The notes below the pieces were generated by a model. The model ran no database searches. It was not told where the DNA came from and was given only the letters and a program-made list of their open reading frames with translations. From the NCBI RefSeq assembly GCF_030144855.1, contig NC_082733.1:30194001-30258000 (forward strand): a DNA stretch of 64,000 nt. Reading direction: 5' to 3'. Shown one piece after another: positions 41,982 to 55,253 of the stretch. The DNA comes from Hypanus sabinus. Its lineage: Eukaryota. Positions within the stretch are counted from its first letter, which is position 1, and each line of letters starts with the position of its first letter. Made by a program: the position numbers and the translations under genes.

Positions 41982-42470
41982 CACTCTGTGGCCACTTTAT
42001 TAGGTACAGATGGTACCTAATAAAATGGCCACTGACTGTATTTTTGTATGTTCGTGGTCTTCTGCTGCTGTAGCCCATCCACTACAAGGTTCAGTGATGC
42101 TGCACATCACTGGAGTACCGCATAGTTAATTGAGTTGCTGACACTTTCCTGTCAGATTGAATCACTCTGCCCATTCTTCTCTGACCTCTCTCACTAACAA
42201 GAAGCTTTTGTCCACAGAACAGCTGCTCATCAATGCTTTAATCTTTTGCACCCTACTCTGCAAACTCGAGAGACTTCTGTGCATGAAAATCCCAGGAGAT
42301 CAGGAGTTTCCGAGATACTCAAACCACCCCATCTGGCACCAACAATCACTGCACGGTCGATGACACTTAGATCACATTTCTTCCGCATTCTGATGTTTGG
42401 TCTGAGCAACAACTGAACTTCTTGCCCATGTCTGCGTGTTTTTATGCTTTGAGTAGCTGCCACATGATAA
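41982..42470 (-). mobile_element. Tc1 derivative retaining the transposase N-terminal HTH
   Basis: MRKKCDLSVIDRAVIVGARWGGLSISETPDLLGFSCTEVSRV; terminal hairpin TIR at 41982-42038. Confidence 0.85.
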
Positions 42471-43444
42471 TTCTTTTTTACACTGAGTGGTAAATGTGTG
42501 GAACACCCTGTAAGGGGTTCTGGTAGATGCAGATACATTAATGGCATTTAAGGAGCTCTTAGATTGGCATGTGGATGGTACAAAATGGAGGGCTATGCCG
42601 GTTAGATAGATCTTAGAGCAGGTTAAAAGGTCAGCACAACATTGTAGACCGAAGGGCCCTCCTGTGCTGTAACATTCTCTGTTATAAGTTCTATTTTATA
42701 TGTTCATTATTATATGTTCTTTATTCTATGTTTTTATTGTGAGGATGCTGCATGATCTAGTCACACGCTTCAAACATTATCTGTATTTAATATGAAGGGA
42801 TTGGATTGGCCTGATCTGATACTCCTATGAAAATCATGCAGAACACAATATGGGGACAATGGAGTTAATCTGCCTTCCTCCTGGTCCACAGGCTCTTTCC
42901 ACCTGAGCGGGAACACCGCCCATTCCACATGTATAAGATCTTTGAAAAGGGAATCCAGGAAGAGCTGCTTAACTTGTCATAGAGCAGGGACAACCTTGAG
43001 TAAGCTGTAGATTTGGTGCCTCACGGCTTCATTGCCATAGCTTAGATCCAGACTGTCTGCAAGGTTGTTTAAGATCCTCGCTGCAGTTGCTTGTGTTTCC
43101 CGTGTAAACTGGTCCAGAGATATGCAGGTTAGTAGGTGAAAAGGCCATAGAACAATTTCCTTAGTGTTCAGATGAACAACAGAACTGATGGGAGTTGATA
43201 AAGAATGCGGGGAAGATAGGTTACAGGAAAAATGAGTTGAGAAATAAGATTGGTCAGTGAGTGGCCTTCGACGGGCTGAAATGAACTCCTATGGCATTAA
43301 GAGATATGGAAGTACAAGGCCATGTGGTTTGAGTGGGTTGGATGATCAACTCCCAAGAAGTAGAAATGGAGAATTAATATTGGAAAATAACAGATTGGCT
43401 TTTATTCAGATTGTACCCCAGATGAAAGTATTTAGAGATTTTAT

Positions 43445-43945
43445 AAGACTATAAAACATAGGAGCAGCCCATTGAATATTCTCTGACATTCCATCATGAC
43501 TGATTTATTACTGCTCTCAACTCCATTCTCCTGCCATCTCCTCATATCCTTTAACACCCTTACTAATCAAGAACTATCAACCTCCACTATAAATATATCT
43601 ACTGACTTGGTCTTCACAGCTATCTGTGGCAGTGACTTTCACAGACTCACCACCTTCTGGCTAAAGAAGTTCCTCATAATCTCTGTTCCAAAGGGGCGCC
43701 CATCTATTTTGAGGCTGTGCTCTTTGGTTGTACACTCTCCCACTATAGCAAACATCCTCTCCACATCCATGTATCCAAGCCTTTCAAAATTTTATTGGTT
43801 TCAATTAAATACCCATCCACCCCCATCATTCTTCTAAATTCCAGCAAATAGAGGTCCAGAGCCTTCAAATACTCCTTATATGATAGTCCTCTCATACCTG
43901 GGATCAGTCTTACAAACCTCCTCTGGACTCTCTCCAATGCCAGCA
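43445..43945 (-). mobile_element. CR1 3' fragment
   Basis: LALERVQRRFVRLIPGMRGLSY..LKALDLYLLEFRR. Confidence 0.85.
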
Positions 43946-45459
43946 CTAGAAGGTGATTTTGGGAATAGTGTCAGATTGAGTAGTGTCAAAATATGAGTTG
44001 CACTGTTGAACAAAGTTTGGTAATACTCCTTTCGGCTCAGCTGTGTCAGAAGCTAGAATTTGTTGCCTAGTCTTGTCTCCCACTCAGTGGGATGAGGTGC
44101 ATCCTGCAGTCAGGATGGTTTAAGGAAAAATAAAGTGCTCATTGAATGAGGCCTTTTGAATAAGGAAAAGCCTAACACCTACCCTGAAATAAGCTGTACT
44201 AAATTTGAGATATTACCTGTTGGAAAGTAGAAGCATTGAGAGCTTTCTAAAGAGGGAAATGTGTGCAACTTACTTTGGAGAAATTTAATTTAAAATAAGA
44301 TGCTGGGTTCCAAACCAAAGACAAATTTAGCGGACACAAGAAATTCTGCAGATGCTGGAAAACTTGAGCAACACACAAGATGCTGGAGATACTCATCAAG
44401 TCAGGCACAGTCTATGGAGGAGCACAGAATGGTTGATGGGAAGTAACGGTTCTTGAACCTGGGTGTCATGGGACTTGAGGCTTTTGTACTTTCTGCCAGA
44501 TCATAGTTGTGAGAAGGTCCCTGATGGTTGTTGCCTTCTGGAGAAAGCCCCTTTAGATACTATCAGTGTGTGGGAAAGATGTACCAGTGATGTATTGGGC
44601 TGAAACCACCAGCCTCTGCAGATCTTTATGTGCCTCTGTATACAGTTTGCCATTCAACAACATACACAAGCAGTCAGGATACCTTTAACCATATAGGAGC
44701 AGGGGGATGTTGCTTAGGATAAACTATGTGGAAATTGGGTCTTGACCATAACAATAGCAGCCTTGTTAGGATGGTTAATGCAGGAGAAACACTGAAGGGT
44801 TGACTGTATTCAGAGAAGGGAAGCAGATCACATATCAGCCACAGACACAAATATTTCACTTCCCAATCTGATGTTGTTGCAGAAATGTAATTGAAGGGAT
44901 TCAGATGTTGAGCTGCTGGAAAGATGGCCTTGGATTCCCAGTGTGATGGGGTAATTAAAGGTTTGATGTAAGGAGATAAGAAATGAAATGGTAGGAGAAA
45001 TAGGCCAAATGACCCTTAAGCCTGTTCTGTCAGTGGATAAAAGTACAATTTTTCTGATCTTTGATCCTAACTCCATTTCATGCGCAATCCCTGTGGCTCT
45101 TGACTCCCAAAAATCTATCTCAGGTTCCACAATTTTTTTTGCTTCCAAGTTCCACTTGCTTCATCCTCTCTGCTTTGAGACTTTCCTACAAATTTCAAAT
45201 TGCTGCACCAGGGTAACACCTGCTCTGTATTTTTATCTGTCTAGTGCTTAGGCTTCAAGTATGTCTCAATGAAATCCTTCCTATTCTTCTGAACTCCAGG
45301 AAAGAATAAAACCACAGGTTTTTATGCAGAGACAAAGATGGAAAGTGATTTGGAGATTGAAGTGGATAGTACATAAGAGTAGGCAAACATTCACAACATC
45401 CATTTAGTACAGGTGGCAGGAAGGGAAGTTAGATGGTCAGCATTTCAGCAGAAATAGAG

Positions 45460-45780
45460 CAGCAGTATGGTGGTTAGGGCATCACCTTACCGCACCAATT
45501 GAGGTTCAATTCCCGCCACTCCATCTGCAAGGAGTTTGTACATTCTCCCCTCGACAGTGCGGATTTCTTCTAGGCGCTCCAGTTTCCTCACATGTTTCAA
45601 AGATGTATGGGTTCAGATGAGTGAGTTGTGGGCATGCTACGTCGGCACAAGTGGTGGCACTTGCAGGCTGCCCCCAGCAGAATCCTTGGAATGTATTGGT
45701 CATGGATGCAAAGAATGCGTTTCAGTGCATATTTCAATGTTCTGATGTAGATGTGACAAATGAAGGTGATCTTAATATCA
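45460..45780 (+). mobile_element. V-SINE with Rex-like tail
   Basis: ggttcaattcccgcc; ggatttcttctaggcgctccagtttcctcacat; tail gatgtagatgtgacaaatgaag. Confidence 0.75.
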
Positions 45781-46234
45781 AGAGTGAAGGAGATTATGGT
45801 TACACAGAGAGCGTTAATGCAGGTTAGAGATAAGCTGTATACCTCCTAATGTCATGTGGCCAGTGATCTACATCCCCTGTAATAACTTAAAGTTAGTCTT
45901 AAGTTATTATTTAAGATGTAAGTTGTTACATCTAACATAATACTCAGAGGCTCATCAGGCACTTTCTCTCATGGTCAGTAAGAACTCTACTCTGTAGTGA
46001 TCTGTGGTCAGTGAAATGCCTCCAACATAATAACCAGTGATCAGCGAAATACTTAACTGTTCATATGCAGTGGTGAACAAGGATGCTAGTTTGTAATGTT
46101 CTACAGTCAGTGAGGTAACTTCAATAACTAGCAGATGATAAGGCAATAAACATAATGCCCCGTGGTTAACAAGGTATCTACACTTTAATGTCCTGTGGTC
46201 AATGAGATACACGCACTGTGATGTTCTGTATTCA

Positions 46235-46516
<282 letters not shown>

Positions 46517-46626
46517 TTAACCATTAAATGCCACCACTCCCACACGGGGGCTTGACCTCAAAGCACAGCCAGGGTAGGTCTGGTTCTTCCATGTTCAAGT
46601 CTCATCAGGTGTCTCCTGTGTTCACA

Positions 46627-47180
46627 CACTCTGTGGCCATTATATTAGTTACACCTGTATACCTGCTCATTAATGCAAAAATCTAATCAGAAAATCACAT
46701 GGCAGCAACTCAATGCACAAAAGCATGTGGAGATTATGCATATATGGTCAAGAATTTCAGTTGTTATTCATACCAAACATCAGATTGGGGAAGAAATGTG
46801 ATCTAACTGACTTTGACCATAAAATGATTGTTGGTGCCAGATGGGGTGATCTGAGTATTTCAGAACCTGCTGATCCCCTGAGATTTTCACTTAAAACAGT
46901 CTCTAAGGTTTATAGAGAATGATGAAAGAAATAAAAAAAATCCACTGAATGTCATTTCTGTGGGTAAAAATGCCTTGTTAATGACAGAGGTCAGATGAGA
47001 ATGGCTAGACTGCTTCAAACTGACAAAAGGCAACAGTAACTCAAACAACCATACATTACAACAGTGGTGTGCAGAAGAGCATCTCTGAATGTACCACACA
47101 TGTAAGTGTGAAGTAGATGGGCTACAGCAACAGAAGACCACAAACATACACTCAGTGGGCGGTTTATTTAATACAGGAGA
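46627..47180 (+). mobile_element. Tc1 derivative, same family as 41982, ~140 bp from the kinase-exon acceptor
   Basis: LGKKCDLTDFDHKMIVGARWGDLSISEPADPLRFSLKTVSKVYRE; TIR cactctgtggcc. Confidence 0.85.
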
Positions 47181-47384
47181 TATTATTTATTGATTCATAA
47201 GATGTTAGTGGGTCTTTCTTTGTCTCTGTTTATTAGTTTGTGGGATGAGGAGAGCATCAGTAATGCTGGCGTTCATGCCGAATGCCGAACCTGCTAACAC
47301 TTGTGTTGCAGTTCTGCAGTGACAAATAGACCAAACTAGGTAAGGAAGGCGGATTTATGTTTTTGGACAATTCACTGTTATCAA

Positions 47385-47735
47385 GGTGGTGCGGCTAGCA
47401 GATCGGCTGCCTCATGGTGCCGGAGATTTGGGTTGAATCCTGACCTCAGGTGTTGCTCGTGAAATCTTCTTCACACACATTGTCCTCACGACTGCATGGG
47501 TTTCCTCTGGGTGCTCCGATTTCCTCCCACATCCCAAAGTTGTTAGTTTTGGTAGGTCTATTGGCCGTAGTAAATTGTTTCTGGTGTAGTTGTAAGATAG
47601 GCTCTGGGGGGGGGGGGGGGGGGGACTGATGAAAAGAAGGAGAGAGAAACAAATGGGATTAATGTAGAATTACTGTAAATGGTCAGCCTGGACTAAATAG
47701 GTTGATGAGACTGTTTCTGTGATGCAACTCTCCAT
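47385..47735 (+). mobile_element. V-SINE with poly-G tract
   Basis: gcatgggtttcctctgggtgctccgatttcctcccacatcccaaag. Confidence 0.7.
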
Positions 47736-48328
47736 AATTCCAAGACAATATATTTGAATTCTGCAACTGGGATTTGAACTCACTTTTCAGGAGCAGAAGT
47801 CCAGAACTCTGGTTACTAGTCCAATAACTTAACCACTACACTACTGTATCCTCAGCTTTTATTAGCACAAATTCTGTAGATACTGGAAATCTTAAGCAAC
47901 AATCACAAAATGCTGGAGGAACTCAGCAAGTCAGGCAGCACCTTTATTCCTGGCTTGGTAATGCTGGTATTCACTGCTCCTGAAGCTGTTAAAACTTGTG
48001 TTGGCAGCTCTGTAGTGACAAATAGACCAAACTAGGTAAGGGAGGTAGATTTTCTCTTTGATGGATATGCTATTCCTTGGAGGGAATAAACTGTCTACAT
48101 TTTGTGCCAAGAACCTTCATCAGGACTGGAAAAGAAGGGGTCAGAAACCAGAGCGAGAAGATGGGTGGAGGAGGAAGAGTACATGCTGGCAGGTGATAGG
48201 TGAGACCAGGTGAAGGGGAAGATGGGTGGGTGGGGAAAGGGAGGGGATAGGTTGAAGGGGTAAAGGGCTGAAGAACAAGTCCAGCGCATCATTCTCCATA
48301 ACTTCCACAATTTCTAACATAATGCTAC

Positions 48329-48864
48329 TATTGTAGAGAACAGGGCAAACCCGAACGCAGGACACAGGCACAGAGATAGAGTTAGGATGCAGACACGGGC
48401 ATGAGTGTTGAACGGCAAACAGGAGAGAGTGCAGGAAAGCAGGAACCAGGCAGAACTTATCTTGACACAGTATAGAAAAGGAAGCAGCAGACAAAGCTTT
48501 TCTTAGCACGGAGAGATGGAGTTGTAACCAGGTAAACCTTGGTGCTGAAGTAAAAGAAAACTATCTTTACATGGACAGACTGCGTCTCACAGGTACACAT
48601 CGTAACTGGAATAGAACTTAGAAAACTTATCTTGACATGGAGAGACAGAGTTTCACAGGTAAATCTCAGTACTGAAGCAAAACTTAGAACACGCAATCCC
48701 AAGCTGCCAGGAAACGCTAATTACCACACTGGCAAAACCAACGATCTGGCAACTAGTGGGTGCAAAGATGTGGTTCTTATGCTGCAGATCTTGATGAAAA
48801 CCAGGCCTGCTGCTATCAAAGGAAGTTAGGAGAAAATGGAGAATTAATGGTCGGAACTTTGACA
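48329..48864. mobile_element. Probable solo LTR inserted in a PLE fragment
   Basis: 5-bp TSD GCTAC (48324-28 and 48865-69); termini TATTG (degenerate TG start) and TGACA; internal imperfect tandem units. Confidence 0.6.
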
Positions 48865-50169
48865 GCTACCACTAAGCACATCTTTACCTCCACCTCCCCA
48901 CCGTCTATTTTCTCTACGGATCACTCTCCTTGTTCCTCCAGCATTCATCAGTTTTTATTTACCTTCACCTTATTACCATCAAGCTGTTCGTGACGTGTTT
49001 AAAAATGGCAGGAATGGTCAAGCGATCCCAGAGTAGGTACAGCTTGAGTAAGATAGATTACATTCTAGCCATACACCGACTGAGTCCAGGTCCAGCACAG
49101 CTCAAGGACTAAGTGAACCTGTCTCCCCTTTCCTTCACAAAAATCCTCTTAACCCTCATTATAGAGTAACCCCCTACTTATCTTTATCCCTGCAAGGAAT
49201 ATCCTCTACTCATCTAAAGCTCCTGGCCTGTTTTCACCAGAAAAGCACAATCACAAGCAGTAGTACTGCAGTTGTCCTGTTCCGTCTATTTATACTATCC
49301 CTGGGGCTACTGGCACTGTTCCCTTTCCAGCAGCCCAGAGAAGGCTGGCTGCCTATTTGTTAACTTGTGTGTAATATTAGATTGATGGCTGGAATAAAAG
49401 GATACACTTTCAACAGTACAAATGCCAGCACAAACCCAGCTCGTGATCTGTGGTTAATGCACAAAGCAACTTGGCACTAATGTCAGCATTTTGTTTCACT
49501 TTCTGGTTTGAACGTGATGAGTGAAAAAAAACACTGCCTGTGGGAACGAAACTTCAACAGGAGATTGCGAGCGGAGAGCTCTGGAGTGCATGCAGAGATG
49601 AGGCTGAATTATCCCATTATCTTCGAAAACAAACAGATGAGTTCAAAAGGTTTTCCCATTCCTGGAGAAGATCTCTTTATGCAACCGTGTGAAAAATTAG
49701 AATCTGCATGGTAAATGCATCAAGGGAGTAGCCCATCAAAATGACTACCCAGGGGAATGAAAAAACAAAGCAATCAAGATCCTCGTGTGAGGGAATAAAC
49801 ATCCAATGTCATTGCTGTAAGGAATGAAACTCAAAAGGGAAAGAAGTTCACAAGCTGACCTCCTGAGGGTACAAAGTTATTAAAAGCAATGCCTAAAATG
49901 TAAACACCATTGTTTTCCATACTTTTGTAGTTCTGTGGCATTTCTTCAACTAAAACAATTGGAAAAATATGACAAACTCAATTCCTACATCCTCTGTCTG
50001 AGTTCAACTATCAGAATTACCTTCAAAATGTATTTCTCCATCTCTTTGCAATCCTGACTTAAAAGGCATTTGTCACGATCACAAAATGTGTTAAGAAGAC
50101 CATGCGATCTATCAGTTTAACCCTGCGTTCTCTCGCCACTTTGTTTATTAAATGATTCAGGTCTAGATA

Positions 50170-50485
50170 TGTGTGGCACCAAAGGAGGTGTAAGGCACTC
50201 CTACCCTCCACTGGACTGTATGTCACCCTTGGACTAAGCACCTGCTTAGTCCCAATCAGGGTCACATGGAGCCCTAGGAGCAGATGGTGGATGGTTGTTT
50301 GAGCAGCTGGTACATTTCACAATTCCTGGTTTTGCGACAACTGAAGCCAGGCAGACAGCTTCCGAAGTGTATTGGTCACCCGCCTTGAAAAGAAGAAGCC
50401 AATTGCAAAGCTCTAACCTTAGAAAAATTTTGCCAAAAACAATCATGGTCATAGACATGGCACATAATGATGATGATGATATGGT
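50170..50485 (+). mobile_element. Non-autonomous retroposon with (GAT)n tail, possibly RTE-dependent
   Basis: agaaaaattttgccaaaaacaatcatggtca...atgatgatgatgat. Confidence 0.5.
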
Positions 50486-51339
50486 TGGTGATGGATGGGC
50501 CTAGACAGAATAACAGCTCAGCATGGATTAGATGGGCCAAAGGGCCTGTTTTGGTGCTGTAGCGAAGTATGACTCTATGACTCTGTCCTGTGGATTTTCT
50601 TCTATGCACTGTACTTCAAAGCCTGCTGGTACTGGTCTGTCAGCATGAAAAGGTCCTTTGAAGCCATCCTAGACATTACCCTCATAGGTTTGAACCCAGT
50701 TTTCCCTTGACTTACTTCCACTGCTGGTTTTGCACCATTCCCAATGAACATTTTCTATAAGAAAAAAAAAGATCTGCAGATGCTGGAAATCTGAAATAAA
50801 AATGAGAAGATGCTGGAAATGCTCAGCAGGTTAGATAGCATCTACAGAGAACAAAACAATTTAATATTTAGGTTTGATGACCCTACATCATAATCTTTTT
50901 GTTGTACCATTTATTATTTTAAATAACTTAAGAAATAGAAGCAGGAGTTTCCTTTCAGCCTCTCTAGCCTACTCTCTTAAACAATGTGGCTCAGTCAATT
51001 CCAGTTTATGTCCTATCATTATTGTGCTTGATTTCTCTATTAATACAATAAGATCTAGGAGCAGGTGTAGGCAATTTGGCTCATTGAGTTTGCTCTGTCA
51101 TTTCACCGTGGCTGACTTATTATGCTTCTCTTCCTCATTCCCCAACCTTCTCCCTGTTAACTTTGACATCCTTGCTAATCAAGAACCTTTCGACCTCTGC
51201 TTTATATATACCCAATGATTTGGCTTCCACAGCAATGAATTCCACAGATTCACCATCCTCTGGCTAAAGAAGTCCCTCCTCATCTCTATTCTAAAAAGAC
51301 GCCCCTCTATTCCGGGGCTGTCATACCCGGAAATGTAAA

Positions 51340-51655
51340 GATAAAGATCCAAAGGTGAGCTTTATTTGTCACATGTACATCAAAACATTGCAGCATGCAG
51401 TGAAATGTGGCATTTTGCATCAATGATCAACACAGTCTGAATTGTGCAAGTCTCACCAAGTTCCTGGTGCCAGCATAGCACATCCACAACTCACTAACCC
51501 AAACCTGTACATCTCTGGAATCAGGAGCACCCGGAGAAAAACCGCGCAGTCACGGGGGGACCGCACAAACTCCTTACAGACAGGGGGCGGGAATTGAACC
51601 CCGACTGGTGATCGTCAGTGTTGTAAAGCAACTTTGTTAATCCCTGTGCTGCCAT
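51340..51655 (-). mobile_element. V-SINE with Rex-like tail
   Basis: ggagcacccggagaaaaaccgcgcagtcacgggg...gggaattgaaccc. Confidence 0.8.
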
Positions 51656-52657
51656 GCAATCTGACCTTGGTGTCATGGCAATTAATGGCTGCACCTCCAG
51701 AGACCACTTGCATAGAGGATTTCAAAATGTTCTCTCTCTCTCTGTGTAAGGGGACTTCTTTTCATCTGCAATAAATGGCATTTCCCTTGTAATAAGACTG
51801 TGACAAGTCCGAGACTTCTCAACAAGTGGAATAAACTATTATCTGTCTCTCAATGAGATATTTATTTATTTTTTCAATGAGATCACCTTCCATTCTTCAA
51901 AACTTTGAAGCATAGAAGCTTATCAGAGATTGAAGAGACAGCAGAAGGTGGAATCTAAAGCAACACACAAGACACTGGAGGAACTCAGCAACTCAGGCAG
52001 TAGTTATGGAGAAGGAGAACGAGCAACTGACATTTTGGGTTGAGATCCTTCAGCTGGACTTGAACAGAGGTTTATCTTTCACAATGTCTCCTTCTACAAC
52101 AGATTTGCTTTCTCGGGAACTGGCCTGGCCAACTTTCTCCCAATGGAAAAGTCAGTGTTAATTTGGTTCACATCTTCCGCAGGTTATGAATATTGAATGT
52201 ATAAAGGAGCCATTCAAATGCAAGTGTTACTAGAAAACATAAATACTTAGAAGAGAGGGACTCCAGTTTCCAGCAAGTTCGGAGTGAACAATATATGAGC
52301 AATGGAAACAGGAATAGGTTGTATGACCCCCTCAAACCTGTGCTGGCATTCAATGAGATAATGGCTACACTCACTGTGTTCTCTTTCCAGTCCAATCCCC
52401 ATGTTGCCTAGTGTTCCTTGTCTCTTTGCATGCAGTTTCCCCTGCTGTGCACCCAAAGTATTGACGTAATCATGAAGAAGGCATGCCAATAGCTGTACTT
52501 CATTGGGAGCTTGAGGAGGTTTGGCTCTTTTGCAAATTTCTATATATGTCTCATGGAGAACGTGTTGATTGGTTTGCATCACAGCCTGGTATGGAGAGGA
52601 TCATAAGAGGCTGCAGAGTTTTGTGGACTCAGTCAACTCCATCATGGCAGAATCCTC

Positions 52658-53202
52658 AAGTTGAAGTTCAAGTCAAGTTCAAGTCACTTTTTATTGTCAT
52701 TTCGACCATAACTGCTGGCACAGTACACAGTAAAAACAAGACGTTTTTCAGGGCCATTATGCTACAGAAACAAAACAAAAACTACACTGAACAATGTAAA
52801 AACAACACAGAAAAAAACTACACTAGACTACAGACCTACCCAGGACAACATAAAGTGCACAAAATGGTGCAGTCATTACAATAAATAATAAACAAGACAA
52901 TAGGCACAGTAGAGGGCAGTAAGTTGGTGTCAGTCCAGACTCTGGGTATTGAGGAGTCTGATGGCTTGGGGGGAAAAAACTAGTCTGGTCATGAGAGCCT
53001 GAATGCTATGGTGCCTTTTGCCAGATGGCAGGAGGGAGAAGAGTTTGTAGGAGAGGTGTGTCAGGTCTTTCATAATGCTGTTTGCTTTGCAGGTACAGTG
53101 TGTAGTGTAAATGTCTGTAATGGCAGGAAGAGAGACCCCGATGATCTTCTCAGCTGACCTCACTATCTGCTGCGGGGTCTTGTGATCCGAGATGGTGCAG
53201 TC
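52658..53202 (-). mobile_element. Young Rex1 3' fragment with (TCAAG)n tail (as read on +), inserted antisense in an older Rex1 (52480-53400)
   Basis: ORF 52930-53205 QIVRSAEKIIGVSLPAI..IYTT.C..KA.SI.KD.THLS..LFSLLPSGKR; highly similar to 55705-56925. Confidence 0.85.
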
Positions 53203-55253
53203 CACACCATCGAAGACATGTTCAAGTCAAAGGGCTTCAGGAAGGTGACATCCATGAATAACGACCTTCACCATCTATGACTTGTCCTCTTCTCTTTACT
53301 TTCAATGGGGAAGAGCACAGGAGTTTGAAGACCCACACTCAGAAACAGCTTCTACCGCTGTGCCATCAGATTTTTGAACAGTCCATGAATCTATTCACAA
53401 AGAAGAGAAAATCTGCAGATGCTGGAAATCCTGGCAACACACATAAAATGCTGGAGGAACGCAGCAGGCCAGGCAGCATCTATGGTAAAAAGTACAACTG
53501 ACATTTTGGGCCAAGACCCTTCGGCAGGACTGGAGAAAAAAAGCTGGATCTATTCCTTCTAATTTGCATTTACTTTTATTTTTGTAGTGTTTATAGTAAT
53601 TTTATGTTTTGCGCTGTACTGCATCCACAGAGTTACACATTTCTTGTAATTTAAATCAGTGATAATAAATCTGATTCTGACTCGGACCTCCTTCGTGTTG
53701 ACAGTTGCTTTGGAGGACAAAATCTGTCATATCTTTGAAGCCCTCATGGATTCTAAAGAATCTCATTCTTTGGCAACCCACTCATCTTCTGCTAATATCT
53801 GACAGAAGGAAATGAAAGAAGGATAAAGTAGGGGATGGTTGACAAGAATCAGATCCATTAATATTTAAAGCTTGGATGTTTATGAATGAACCACATCCAA
53901 AGATGGGGCATTTCATATTTTTTGGCTGCAGGAACTGACACATAGTGACTGGGAGCAGGCAGCCTGAATCTCACTTTTCACCAAAAGCCCAATCCACTCT
54001 CCCACGCACAAACAGCAGCAAAAGATTCAACCCTCCCCCTTGCCACTCACTCCACCTGCCTTAGCAAAAGCATCAGACCCCCCCCCCCCACTACCCACCA
54101 TGCAAGGAACAGCAAAGCCCTCGAGGTGAGCATACTCTAGACTCCCTCAAAGAAAAACACTGTTCAGCCCAGCACTGCAAAATCCACAGGCTCACTCTTG
54201 CACTAACAAGGGAGAGAGAGGTATCACTCCTGCCACAGTGAGAGGGAGACCCGAAGCTCGCAGTTACCTAGTTACAGTCTGCAGTGTCGCTTATTTTGAC
54301 AGCAGTGTACACTGCTGTCTTGATGTTCTGATCGCCCGCGATGCTTCAGTCAACAACACCGGCTGTTGCTCAATATTTACTTGTTTCAACCGAGAGATGT
54401 ACAATTTGACCCAAAGTCTTGGGATTGCAACAAGGATGGAAGATTACAAATAGTTATGTTGCCAAGAGCTTCACTATATTTCTCCTCTTCCAGCATCATT
54501 GAAAGAAGCAACATCCCTTCTCTGGGACAAACTACTTGTAAACAAAAGCCCAGAAATTCCATCAAGTAGTGCATGTTTTTTCTTATTGAGCTGAAGTGGA
54601 AAAGCAATCACACTTTTCGAGCACAAGTTGTGCATAATGAAGTGTAGGATTGTGTAATTTTGCAATGGGAATGCTGGGCAGTGACATCAGTCACTGCAAC
54701 TGTGCAACTCGGAAACAGCATGGAATGTGGCCATGAAAACAGGTCTTAATGGAAGGAAATTACCTATTCAAATGCTTTTTGTACGGGCAAGTCACACCTG
54801 GACTTGCGTGTGGTTGTATGGACATTGACTGATTCAAAGTATGTCATCGTAAATCTCTTTGCCCCTTTATTAAGGATAGAAGGAGCCTGTAGCATGTTGA
54901 ATTGGTTGGGTGAAAGATTCATTTTTCTGAACAGTAGATCATGGTCTTTCTTGGGGGCTTTGCTATTGCTTGCTTGGTGGGTGGTAGATGCTGGTGTATT
55001 TTTGTCGAAATAAGCAGGGGGAGGGGAGAGCTGACGCTTTGCTGTTGTTTGTGTGTGGAAGGGAAGAGAAGGGGACTTTGGGCTTCTAATATTTTTACTG
55101 GCATTCATTCTTTGGGGTACTCTTCCGTATTTGTGGATGTCTGTGAAGACCAAGAATTTCAGGTTGAATATTGTATACATTCTCAGATATTAAATGGAAT
55201 TAGTGAAATATTGAAGTTCAAAGTTTTAAGTAAATTTACTATCAAGGTGCGTC

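Noticed and set aside
48450-48690. Spaced repeats suggestive of a CRISPR array
   Set aside because: Vertebrate context, degenerate units, non-unique spacers and no cas genes; better explained as LTR-internal repeats.
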